DNA from: Laetmonice hystrix
Taxonomy: Eukaryota
Assembly (NCBI GenBank): GCA_965235115.1
Contig: OZ249436.1
Location: 62,744,001 to 62,808,000, forward strand
DNA length: 64,000 bases
Direction: 5' to 3'
In this document: piece after piece, positions 1 through 13,015 of the stretch
How positions within the stretch are numbered: the first letter of the stretch is position 1
Layout of the letters: the number at the start of each line of letters is the position of its first letter
Program-made: the position numbers and the translations under genes
Notes under the pieces: model-generated
The model's input: only the letters and a program-made list of their open reading frames with translations
Told to the model about the DNA's origin: nothing
The model's database searches: none

Positions 1-3000
1 TAGTTAAAACAATCTAGGCAACGTTACCACGAATTACTTAATTGGTTCAATATTCTCAGCATGGGCATTCCATTTTTCTCCCACAATAGTTGCTAGAAGC
101 CCGTTGCTGATGTAATGTATGTGACAGATGACAAGTGAATCAAAGAAGATGAAGTGAAGACCATTTCCTGACTCCACCGATACATCGTCGCCCACACAGC
201 AGTGGTGCGCTCACCGAGATATGTGAACATTATCCGTGAAAACATCTAGCACTATTCCGAATGTATTATGCATAGGACACGAGACGGGCTGGCTGGCGGT
301 GTGCCATATTCGGCTACAAATCTGAGAGGATATTTAAATGTGTTTGCTGTCCGGTAGAGCTCCCAAGTCAAAATATTCCAAAAACTTGACACTGTAAGGG
401 CATGCAGGAGGTCTCCCAAACTCGCCGTGACAGTTCCTTCTCTCTGCCTTCTTTACTTTTCTCATAATTTCTTAAACTTCGGTTACGCTTCACCTTAACT
501 GAAGTTAAAGTTCCCATTTTTAAATTCCCTTTTTGTTGCCACTTCCTTTCAACTTGCACTCGGTCACCCCTGGCTGACATACACCACCAGCAGGAGTGGA
601 GGCAGTTGCAGGCTCCACACACTCTGGCTCACACCAGCGTGTCACTTAGCCAGCTTACAGTCCACATCATCACCGCGGCTTCCATTTCACTCAGCTCAGG
701 CCATAACAACCGTCGCACGTACAACATACCTCAAGCAGCGATCAATAATGAACTAAAATTAACAGGCCTGCTTAACACAGGCTCAAGGGATGGTTACATC
801 CACTATGTTATACATGCTGTTTAGCCTATACATAATGGGGTTTATTCAATTATGATCCTCATCTAGCACCTCTGTCTGGCCGAAGATTTATTATTTGTCG
901 GTCAATGCACATATAGTATACAAAAATATTAATTACTTTATCAATCTCTTTTTTTAAGTGCTTTCAATTGTACACGTACAAAGGAAGCGGTTGTTTCCCA
1001 AGCGTAACTACGCATGTGCTATATTGGATAACTTTTACCTCGAGAAGATGTGATCATCGGTAAGTAGCTAAGTGATAACTCCCCCTGCATCCTGATCACA
1101 CGGCGGCATTCACCCTGTTACCGCTAGGTGTCTCTACAGGCACAGTTACCTTCCAACCCACCTCGTGTTGCCTGAGGTTGGGGGGGGGGGCAAAGGGGAG
1201 CTGTCCTGATTGCAGCAACAGGGAAACTAGCTTGCCTCCCCTTTTCGTGACTTTACCCAAGGTTATCAGTGGCATTTGCGTGTTCATCAATCCTGTTCCT
1301 CAGATAAATGGTCTATGCGCGGATTCCACGAAAATGGCGGAATCTGTCATTGAATTACTAGCAGCGGGCCATATCATCAGCCGAGACGAGGGCTGCGAAC
1401 ATTTGCTTGCCACCCCTTTTCTCAATGCGTAGCAGTGGCGACCAGCAATGATTTATACCTCCCTTACGTATCGATTCTTTCCCAATCAAATCTAAGGGCA
1501 GAGAGACAAAAAGTCGTGGTGGTGCTCACAGGTGATGGTTAATAGGCACGACTGAGCCTGGGAAACCAGAGTTCAAGAAATGATGGGGAGAGGGCAAGGC
1601 GCGCCAAGGGTGGGTAAACTGGTAGGAAGGGTTGTGGGTGGATAAATGGGACCGGGTAAGATAAGGCTATGAGTCTCGTGCCTGTACACGGAGGGGCCGG
1701 GTGGGAGCGGGTAACCGAATAGCTGGCGTCTATCAGGATAGGGGCGGTCAGCATTAACTGGCAATACCTGTCTTTGGCTGGCTGGGTATCAAACTTGTTT
1801 AACGTGGTATCAAACTTGTTTTAATGTATGTGTGGCAAACTCTACAGGTTATGTGTGTGTAGGGGGGGGGGGGGGTGAAAATTAAGCACGTAGGAGGACA
1901 GCCAGAGTACAAGGCCCAAGGCGTTCAATAGACACAGGTAAAACAGTCCATTTAAGCCACTCCCAGATGTTCTCAGACAGTTAAACAACGGCTAGATCAA
2001 TGAGGAAACGGACAGCAACAATTAAGTTCCACACCATGGCTGTACATCGGGCATAGCAAGACATCTAGCCGTGCGCCAACCGCCTGGCTGTCCAGCCCTA
2101 CTCGCACGTATGTGATCGTCCACGGCAAGCGGGCAGGGCTCCTCGCAGCTCCAATTACAGTGCAGGCAGCAGAACAGCTCCCGCCATGCCATCGATAAGC
2201 CATGGAAACAATACTATTTCTTATTAATTATTCAAATCATTGCGATTACGTATGTCAATATTCAGAAAGGGCGGCGGCGAGCCCAAGCTTCGCGCCACGG
2301 CCGCCAGGGGCTGAGCCAGCCGAAGATGTCTCCTGGCTTTCATTACCCAGCACTAAGGCGGGTAAAAACGAAATACTGAAATGGATTAATTTCAGTAATT
2401 ACACATCAGCCAGAGCACGGCATCTCCGAGTAAATGAATGCATCTGCCTCCGGATCCTCCATAGGGTTATAGGAACGTTCTCAATGTGACATGACCAACT
2501 ACTGACAAATATCACCTTTTCCTGCTTCGCCAGCTTAACGCTCACTGCTAGTTCATTTTGTCCTGTGTTGCAAACTGATAAGGGAAATAGGCAACTATTT
2601 ACAAATATAACGGGAAAGAAGTGCTTGTGTACATCAATAACGCTCGACAAGTGCCTGATTGTCATGATATTCTACAATCTTTTTCATAGACACTGTTCCT
2701 CGGTAAACAATATCTAAGGAGATCCCAACAAATAAATGGCATGTAAATTAAAATAACACTTTTTTCAATGAAATAAAAAAAAGTTTGGCTAAGAAAGCAG
2801 TTAAAACTGATGGGGTTTCCTTTTTCTTAAATCAAGCGCAGAATTCGTGAAAAGTAGGAATTTCCTTGCAGAATTTCTTGAAAAATACCCCTTTCATCGT
2901 TCTGAGGCAGCTAATGAGACGATGTATACAAACTCCCAGCAATATATTTCCGTATAGCTGTCTCGGTCGGGCTTAGCGATGTAATAATGAGGCAATGAGC

Positions 3001-6000
3001 CAGTCTGCTTACTCTAGAGAAACACTGGGTAGAGAAGGTTGTGTGTGGGAGTAGGGCAGTGATCAAGGCTGCCTGCTGGGTTGTCTAATTACAGAGTATG
3101 CTTCCCCTCCGTAAAACACGATTTGTCCTGACCTAGGGACCGTTTGATTGATTAAACTCTAACTACAAGAGAAGGAAAAGTCTTGCGGAGAAGGAAACAA
3201 TGTGTTTACCTGCTAATGTATCACATCCACTTAGCCTGTTGGCAACAATATTGGCATTAGGATCCTCATCCGCTCGGGGCAGTGGGGGAAAGGGGGGATC
3301 GGGAGGTGTTGGGTGAATACCTCCACCCCCCGGGATAGAAGTAGACTACTATTCACAAACCTCACAACACACACATACAATAACATCAGTTCTGTCGTTG
3401 CACCGCCATCGTACCTGGTTCAGTACAGAATAAACTCAAGCTCAGAATCAAATAATCAAGCAACAAGTACCAGCCGTCAGGTGAAAGAGGGACGGGGGAA
3501 ATGACAATCAAATAAACCATTAAATCCGGCTTCAGAATTAACACCAATGACTAGCAATTGATATTCAATACAGAACAAATTGCTCTACACAAATCGTTTA
3601 CTTTGCTTCGGGGGACGCATCATAATTACTGGTTTCAACTTACACGTTTGTCTCTAGAATCACGATGGAAATCTGATGTACACGACCGACTCCCTGATTT
3701 TATACTGGCATCACGCGGGTCAATTTACTTCAGCAATTGCATCAGTAACTGTTTTTGGCAAAAATTATGGTTCCATGGCATTGTAATTAATACTGGTATT
3801 TTTAGTATCGGTCTGCTAATGAGACTTGCCTTCATGTACTGGTCATTATGGTAAATCTATTGATAAATAACAATTATGAAAAAAGGGTTAAATAACATAT
3901 AAATATGTCTACTTTCTCCCTCATGTGAAAATCATTTTCAACATGTCATGTGGCCAAACTGGGTTAAAAGACCAGGCCTGATGTCTTCACTGATGATATC
4001 ACTTAGTTCAGATGTTACAAATCTGAATACCGCGGGGATATATCCCCCAACATACTTGGTCGGTCGTGTCAGATTTCTGTGAATGTGTCACACCAACTGG
4101 CCAGAGATGTCAAATTCTCTCAATTCTCATCCCTCCAACCAGAGGTCACAAGCACTCCAAGGACTGATGTTCTCAAACAGTGTGACGTCGACACACAACA
4201 AATAATTATAATTTAATACTTTATTATTGTTTCATTTTAACATGGCTCTCTCAAATTAAGCATCTGGATGAAGGATAAAGAGTTTGTTTGATCCACAATG
4301 TATCGGGTAAAATTAATATCGCTCGCCTACCACAGCACTACCAATGTTCTGCAGTGCCGCAGGCCGGGGATTTTAGAGTCCCATAAAGATGGGCTCGACT
4401 TAAATTGCTCAGATATCCGTTGTACGAATACGACACTTGTATCAGAACACCCCTAGCATTCCTTCCGGCACGTGCCTGTCGTATACCTTGAGAGATATTA
4501 CAAATATCTGATAAACAACCAAGTAGTATCATCACTCTTCCTCATCATTTAAATCTGACAAGAAATTCCACAGGATTAGTAGGAGTGGGAGTAGTCTCCA
4601 ACCACCTGTTCAGCTAAACAAGTGCTTTATGGGCGGTAATTTCAGATGGGGGGGGGGGGGGTCCGTCTCTAGCATGTGGCCTTATCCCCACCCAGTGGCC
4701 CCATTACTGAGGCCGACCGGACTGGCAGGTAATACGGTGTTTACTCACCGCTCGCTGCTCATGTCCACACAGTAGAAAGCCACCTGACCTTTCCGGGATG
4801 AAGCCCAGCCTGCTGTGACCTCCCCATCTTCCTCACCCGCCCGCCTCGCGACTACCACCACAATCACACAGACCAGATCAATGCCACTGCATGAGCTACT
4901 TGCTAACCCAGGAAAAGAGGGGAAAAGGGCTTCGCAGCTTCAGGCACCATTTTCCTGTTGCCATGGTAATTGCAGCAGAAGTTGCCATCAGCGCCCGAGG
5001 AGCCACTAGTGATGAGGTGCCAGTGGTATTAGATCTGTGATTGTCTACAATGAGGATGCATGCTAGGTCAGCCAAGGTCGTCACCAAGGCGGCTCGCTCG
5101 CTGCACTAACGGCCCGCCTGAATGGTCAATCACAGGGCCTGACCACTGCCTGACCACCGGTCACTCGTCAGCCCTAGCCATCAGTATTACACCGATGCAT
5201 CACGGCCGACTACAGACACTGCCTGTCCATAAAGGCCTTCTTTGGTCAAAAAAGGCCTGCGCCCGGCTGAAGCAGCCATAACAAATTTATTTCCGACCAT
5301 CTCCCAGGAACAAGCACAGAGACCTTCCTCGGGCGCTTTTCCCGGTACGCCAGGGCTTCAGCCACCGATTTGCCCTAATACATCAAATAAATTCTGAAAC
5401 CTCATTAGTATGGATGGTAACTGATACAGATACCAAGAACGGATGTGAAGTGGTTCTTTCACAAAGCAACCTTGTTAATCTTCATTCCGACACAAACTGA
5501 CTCCGAAAATGTCAAGACAGAAACGGTTCTGCAGCAGCAGACTTGATCGACCTTTTTAGGTCTGCACATCGAAATGGAATATCAACTACCAGAGAGAAAT
5601 ATATTTCGGGGACCTCTTTGCTTGTGTGGCGGACACTGCCGTCCCACGACCCCTAGTGGATCTATCACATGATCATAGCCAGAGCACACATCCACTGACT
5701 GGCGGTAATAAGGACGTCAATGCCGGCCAAGGGCGCTGGGGTTCTCCACCGACTACCTTGGATTTACACAGATCCTGTAGCCATATTGATCGGGTCAAAA
5801 TGATGCCTCAGCTCTCCCCCACCCTACCCCTGCCCCCTTATCCCCCATCTGCACTCATTCCATCAAACCCTCAACCGACCCCAATGCGTTCCTGATCCCC
5901 TACTCCCACCAGACGCGACCAAGAATCAGCGAGGGTCAAGCAGCAGGAAACCATGGAGGTTCTACTGCTTGTGCAAGGGTGTATTGAGGGGCATGTGGAA

Positions 6001-7110
6001 CGGTCGGCTTCCCTCCAAGGATGGGAGCATGCAACAATTACGTTAAAAACATCAGGAAGTACATCAGTACGGAAAGGCGTTGGTATACCTATAAATGGAC
6101 TGGAGGTTTTATTGGCCTCTTACATAATACATGGATTGTCCTTTAATAAATCAATGCAGAAGGCTAATATTAATATATAATGCATGGCGTTCCAGGAAAT
6201 ACACTGCCTACAAAATGACCTGCCATTACCCAGACACCGTTTCGAAACATTTTCCGTGATGGGACAATCAACTGATTGATATTACACAACAATCTACTGG
6301 TTCTCTTAAAAGCAACAAAAATACATGATTCAATTACGTATCACCCGATTCACATAATTTATAGAAACCAACACCCAGAGTAAGGTACATGTAACAACAG
6401 TAAAGGGTCGTTGTCTTGAATAGCTTTGGAGTAATTTAACCTAACATAACAACGCTGTAAGCAATCATGACACTCGTGGCTTTGAAATAGCGACTGAACT
6501 GGGACCAGTGTCGTCTGTTGACAGGAAAGTGGGCATTGCTATCGGCGTGCGGCAGGTACGTGATGGCTAACAGAATATCGACCCTGATATGGCTCAAACA
6601 AACAGCACCAGGCAGCCCTGATCAGATGAAGACATCGCCCACGGCCCAGCACGGCCCGTCGTCAACGTCGTTTCCCTCCGCGCACGCGCACTGTGAGCAG
6701 CTCGCCGGGCATGTTGTATTATTGACTTCATACACCCAGAAGGAATAGAAGCGGAAATCGCATCATCTGTGACGCTGTAACCCCCTCCCCCTCCCAACCC
6801 CACCGCTATACCCCCACCCACCTCCAGAACCCAGCTCTGAGTAACCAATGGTAGGAAGGCATATCTTCTATTCCTTCAATCCGCTGGAGTCTCCTGGGTA
6901 ATGCTGATCTTCCTGACGGCCCCTCCCGGCAGTCAAACGTCAACCCACCAACCAACCAACATCTTCACACGCGGCCACGTGACTACGATAATGTCCCCAC
7001 CCTTCCTGCCCAAGTGAAAGCCCGTCTTGTTGTTGCATACCCTCCGGCTGTCAGTATTGCAGTAACGGCCATCTTATAACAGTGTGAAAATTCACACAAT
7101 TACAGTTTCG

Positions 7111-7266
7111 CAGGGTTTCCAGAAGATTTTCGACTTTTTTTTTGGGGGGGGGGGTGCGAGTTGGGGGGGGGGAGTAATGCAAAATACCTGGAAATTTTTG
7201 TTGGAGAGTAGCTGAATAATGGGGGGGGGGGGGGCAAAAAAAAACAAGGGCCTGCAGGAAAGCCTG
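7111..7266. mobile_element. MITE, 156 bp, CAGG termini, 6-bp target-site duplication (hAT-like)
   Basis: Left TIR CAGGGTTTCCAGAAG matches the reverse complement of the right end, CAGGCTTTCCTGCAG (12/15). A perfect GTTTCG direct repeat flanks it (7105-7110, 7267-7272). The interior is rich in G runs. Confidence 0.75.
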
Positions 7267-10200
7267 GTTTCGTGAATGATATTCCGTTCAACAGTATTAC
7301 CTTTAGTCCTTGAGGTGCAGAGACTACCGACACGTTTAAAGTTGCGAAATACAGTTGATAGGGAGCATCACTCGAAACAGTTGGGTCGTCCTCAGGCATA
7401 CTGTCTGCATGACGAAAAGACGATCACTTCCAATACTATCTTTAATCTGGTGGTCAAGATTCCTCTTATATAACTAACAAAAGACCCCGCGATAGGAAAA
7501 TCAAGACAAAAAGTGCCTACTGCCTCCAGCTGGGGATACAGAGAACTGATTAAGGAATATCCATTAATTCTGTGTCGGTCTCTAAGCCACCTCTCACACC
7601 ATTTCCCACAGCCTGGCAGTACATACTTAGCAATCCAGCTGTTTTTATGCGCCATCCAAGGCCTTATGCCGCGCCAGTATACATCAATTGCCATGGAAAG
7701 GTCAGTGTTCCGTGAACTCCCTCAAAAGGCCGGCGAGTTGAGGCTGTGAGGAATGGTCTGGTAGCATTCCTCAGTCTGTCTACCGGCGTTTCTGACTGCA
7801 GCGATGGCTGACCCAGGTTGGCTGGAGGTCGTTGGGGAGGGGGGGGGGGGAGGTGTCCCTCTGGTTGTTTATCCACCGACGGATCCTCACAAGCTGACCC
7901 CAGCTCTCCTCCTGACCTAAACTGAACCGGTGCTCGGTCGACGACAATGAAATCAACAAGCACACCTGAGGCCTACGGCGCCACCTGTCGGCCAATTACC
8001 GCTCCATGTTCTCATAGCTGTAGTGGCCACTATCAATGCAGAGGGCCTTTCAAAACGTTGTCAACAATCAGCGGCTTTACAAATAAATGCCATGCTTGAT
8101 GAAAGTAAAGGAAGAATCAAGTGGCAAGCTCGGCAAGCAAGTACCGGGCAACTTTGGAGTCAATCAAGGGAAGCACCTTGTAGTCTTGGGTTCACCACCG
8201 TTCATTAAAACCGCTCAGGTCAATGGGTGTTGACACTGACGAGAATAGCGACAAGTCCTTCGACTCCCGGATATTCAACGTAAGAGGATTGCTTCCTGTG
8301 ATATTGGATTTCACAGCGAACTTTAAAAGCCTAAACAGATTGAGAGAATCATGACATTTCATGATATAATGTATTAGGAAAGGTGTCAATAGCATACATA
8401 AAAAAAACGAGCCATTCATACGATATTTCTGAAGCAACTAATGCTACACAAATCAGCGTTATCGAACAATCTACGGATACCTGATGCAGGAGCTGGAGCT
8501 AATACCGACATGAGTGATATTTATTTAGTTGCCATTGGTAACACTCAGGAGCATCACCTAAGTGTACCTCAGACAGGCAGTGTCCTGCTGGATGCCATAT
8601 TTGTATCATTGTGACGACAATGCTTGTGACAAATGCCACGTAAATAGCAATCCTGCTCATCAACCCACCTGCCTGTTGTTATAGAAACCGAGAGGACAAG
8701 ATTCTCCAGATGTGTACCGCTGTTCTCTCATCCTATATATAGAAAGTCCATGGCATCTGTCTGGCTTGCCCTTTACAATATTCACTTCACATTCCTGGAA
8801 ATAGGCGAACAACTTAACTACATGTATGCATTTTTTACTGGGATTCATATATTCATATATTCATATATAAATCTGGTCGCCTCCGTATAAATTTATCTAT
8901 AGTAAACGTATCAGCATCTACACTTTCGGTTTTGCGTAACCAATCTCGGTGTCCCACATGACCCGTGGTGCTCCAGGTTAGGGAAGACCGGTACTTATTT
9001 GAATGGTCCACAAGCATACAAAAATTGACTCAGCTAATCTCATTTGAGGGAGGAAAAAAGGGGGAGGGGCTAATGGTTAAAAGCTTTGGCGTAACTGTTG
9101 TCGTTTAAACCAGAGTGATTAAGCCAGTTATTTTGGCTTGATCATTCACTTACACCCAAAAGAAAATAACTACCACCGCAAACAATTTAGAAGACTACAT
9201 GTGACTGATTCTATCAATAAAGGGTTAATAAATCGGATGTTGCTCTTAGAAGGCCGGTACATATAGTCACAAAAAACACACTAAAACTACAAGCGTTTTC
9301 CATTAGGTAGAAATAAGAATGCATGCCCTGTCGACATTTCGTTCAAAATCTTGTTTGAGCAGCTCCTCGCAAGGTACTGTGCCTAGGACCGCCCCCCCCC
9401 TGCCCGGCGGAGATGATCCTGGTACCGAAACCTGCCACTCAAACCAACCCACCTGGTACAGTGAACGAACGAGTTCACAGATCACCGACCATGATGACGT
9501 CTATGATGATAAACGAGCAAAACTTGACCCAGCCTACCTTCGACCGGTGAGGTCTCTGTCGGAATCCCCCCCCCCCCTCCCATTTCGCTTCGTGTATATC
9601 TACGCCTGCCTGGCACGAGGTGACATAGTATTTGACTAGGCCTTTTGTCCCACCGTTACCCTCACACGCTTCCACTCCTATACCTCCTAAGGTAAGCAAG
9701 GAAGTGTCATGAGTATGTAAAACTCAAATCTAGCTTTCGTTTAAACTTGTAATAGATCATTGCTTAATGAAACACATGAACGTGTTAATTAGAGTTGTTG
9801 GAGTTGATGCTCTCCGATACTCTCAAACGAGTTGACCTTCTCAGGCCCCCTACGGCCGCTGACCCTCGGGAGTAAAAGGAAACGGCGTGAACAATTTAAT
9901 ACCTGTTGCTCTTCATGCCCTGCAGCAGGGGAAGGCTTTTTTTATAGTTCAAGAATGAAACACGAACAATGCAATTAGTCTGCAGCTGAACGCTGTGACT
10001 GACAATTAACCTCACAATGTGTATTATTAGTTTTCTAAATCAACTTTTTACTGGTAAATTGAGCAATTGGTATTCCGATAAAGTGCCACATATATTACAT
10101 TCTGTATTGAAGAGGAATGTTTTACAATGAATACCATTAATGTTGACGAATATCAAACTATAGCTGTGCTTTAAGTCAAGGTACGTTTGTAATATATTTC

Positions 10201-12929
10201 TCAACCGTTCCAAGCCACAATAAGAGAAATCTGAATTGTAGTAATGCTCTTTTAATGACAGCGCCCGCAGTGTAATCGGTGTCCCACATTAAACTCACGT
10301 CAGCAGACAGTCTGGGCAGACACCTGACGTCAGGACGATATGGTTGACCTAGACCTGGGATGGGATCAATTGAGATATCTTGACCGACAACCAACCGAGT
10401 CTGATTACTCGTTGTGAAACTAAACAGTGATCAGACATTCCATTGCGAGCCATTTAATTTAATTTCCTATGGTTGGGTTTTATGGATCTCGGCGTGTGTA
10501 ATGGTGTGATCCCACAACGGATACACAAGGGATAGAGCCGGATAGAGGGACGACTTGCCACCAACTGGCCGCCCCGGTCATTGGCTGACCGACCGCCCTA
10601 TATCCGAGGTGTTTAGTTAGGTAACAACAACCCCTCCCGCCTCTCTCAACCCCTCCACCCTCTGCCACTGACCACACAGCAAGCCTGCGGCAGACCAGAG
10701 TTCTCAGACTCCCCACTGGTCAATCCTTTCTCAAGCCAGGCGACTATAAATAGGTGTAATTACTGCTAAGTACCATGAGGGTTGACCCATCTGGCCCGGC
10801 CCCCAACGCTCCACCCCATCTCTTGCACCCCTTGCCTCCCAAGCCACCACCCACCTTTACCCCGCCAGACATCCACCACCACCACCCCAGCCCCTCTGTC
10901 CACGGCGTGTTACCCTCCCTCCCTCCCTCGACCCCTGCCGCTGACAGCCACACTGCTCGCTGGGGCCAGTAATAACCATAATCACATTAATATCAATACT
11001 AAAGTGGCTTCACAGTGCCTTCCGCTGTACACCCCCACTACACAATGTCCCTACCAACAGCTGTAGCGGGTGTGCTGACTGCGTTCCCCGCAGGTCATAC
11101 ACCCTGCCCACAATGGCCTTGTGATAGGGCCATCAGGAAGTCCCTCTCACGCTCTGCTCAGCTCCCCAAACCACTGGCCCACTCCACTCGTAAGGAACAA
11201 GTCAACAAAAGCTCTAACAGCCACTCTCTACTATGATCTGATGGACTGTATCGAACCACTGTATGCCGTGGATGCAACACGCCTGTCAACATATGTTACG
11301 TTCAGAGTATAAAATCAATATTACGTGGCGCTGCAAATACACATCACTCAATGAATACTTACCATGGTGCTGTAGGTGCCATTCTGGGTATCCACACTGA
11401 GGATCTTGAAGATGTGATGGGGGGAGTCAAAGATAGATTATAATACACTGAGCTTTCACATAACGTATTGCCGTAGGACCCAACCAGCTTCGCAAGTGTC
11501 ACTTTAGATTAGGAGAGTCCCAGCTGTGATATGTGAGATGCGGCAGCAAATCTTTGTTAGAAATAGTGCTATATTCCAGGCTTGCCTGACAACAGTACAG
11601 TTTGACGGCGCTCCAGTCTAACAGGGAGCGAGACCTTCATTCTTCCAAGGTGAGACTAAAGCTGTGGCTACAGTCTTGAATGGTGTGAGATGGTCCCTGC
11701 CTGTAGGTACCATGCCTGTGGGTAAAGTGGGAGGGGGGGGGGGATTGTTGGGAAGTTAAGGGCGGGAGGGGGCTCCCCTGCAACCAAAATAGCACCCTAG
11801 CCCGGCTTGGCCAAGGCTCTCGGTCGGTTCCCCTCTAGGCGCTGGGCTCCCTGCCAGGCACTACGCCATGTCTGGTCATAACAACAAGAAAGGTACAAAT
11901 CTGCGCAGCTCTCCGACAAGTGCTTGCTTTTATCCCGTATGATCCCCCTTCTCTATTGAGACTCGACTTCTCTTGAGATTGGCTATCGGTTAAACTGTAT
12001 CATCATCAGTAATGGACACGGAACGATGAGGGAGAATGAGAAGGTCATGACAGAGCTTGCCGCAGGGCGGCGTTTGTGGTTGTTTGTGGTGTTGTGGGAG
12101 GGAAGGGGAGGGGTCCCAGTAGGGTCCTGTCCAGTGCCCTCCATCTTTGCCATTACCACTTCCCTGCCTGGCCCCCAAAGTTCATGGTGGGTGCAGAACA
12201 AAGCCGGGCGCTGCGTACCCCGCCGCCGCCGCCGCCAGCACCCCACCCACCACTAACCCTTCGACTGGAGCCAGCGGTGGTGACTGGTCACCCTTCCCCA
12301 CCCCGGCCCACTCACACTTCCCTGGTGCTGGCACACAAAGACCTGGCTGCCCAGACAAAGGTGCTGCTTTCTGCTCCCAACATAAAGCTGCCAACAATCC
12401 AACATTCCACCGGGGTGCAGACAACATCAGACCACTTTAGTAACATACACAGCTCTATTGATAGCCTAAACAGCTAGTAATGGGCCCTGAGCTGCACATA
12501 GCCAGGCTTGGTCTGACGGCAGGCCACTCATCCTGACCACAGTCGCTGACACATACACAGATCCCCTCCCACCCCTAACATGCTTCAACCCCCTCCGGTC
12601 GACATATGTATCGTTCCAGGTAGAGAAACCACAGAGACATAACGCTGACACAAGTGTTCTCCGCTGTCTACGGAAAACATCGACCTGCCCTCCGCACCAG
12701 TTCCTCGTTCTTGGCGCGAAGCTGGACTGACTTAACTTTTTCCAGAATTATCATTAGATTTACAAAACCTAAACCATTAGTAATAACAGTTGCGGAATCG
12801 GTTCTGACCCACTCAAGACTAGGGCAGATAACCTTCAATGGAATAAGTCGTGTTTTTTGACTTACAACAAAAGGCTGCCCGTACCATTGGCACTGCAGCC
12901 GCTCGCCTACCACAACTGGTCAGCGCAAA

Positions 12930-13015
12930 TGACGCAACAAATGTTGCGCCAACTTATGCAAGTCTGGGATAACGCGGGAAATTGGGGTGCTCTGATTGGC
13001 TCGTTGTTATGACGT
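12930..13015 (-). promoter_or_regulatory. Candidate internal promoter (bZIP/CRE, E2F and CCAAT motifs)
   Basis: TGACGCAA at 12930-12937, GCGGGAAA (E2F TTTCCCGC) at 12974-12981, CTGATTGGCT (NF-Y AGCCAATCAG on minus) at 12992-13001 and TGACGT at 13010-13015, all in CpG-containing context. Confidence 0.4.

Noticed and set aside
368-622. Lys/Arg/Glu-rich minus-strand ORF as a zmiz1 exon
   Set aside because: No similarity to ZMIZ1, and it ends in a stop with no supported splice structure.
2812-2891. Harbinger-like MITE
   Set aside because: The GGGGT...ACCCC ends match only weakly and there is no TSD.
4440-4535. C/D box snoRNA on the minus strand
   Set aside because: GTGATGA and CTGA are ~85 nt apart, but there is no terminal stem and no recognisable rRNA guide.
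8020-8300. LINE endonuclease starts (ATINAEGL; FNVRGLLP)
   Set aside because: Single short motifs with no downstream APE motifs (QE, Y.P, GDFN).
9360-9371. 'CEEL' as zmiz1 exon 4
   Set aside because: The context is VPCEELLKQDFERN, lacking the W, GR and LLLRH residues. There is no suitable acceptor.
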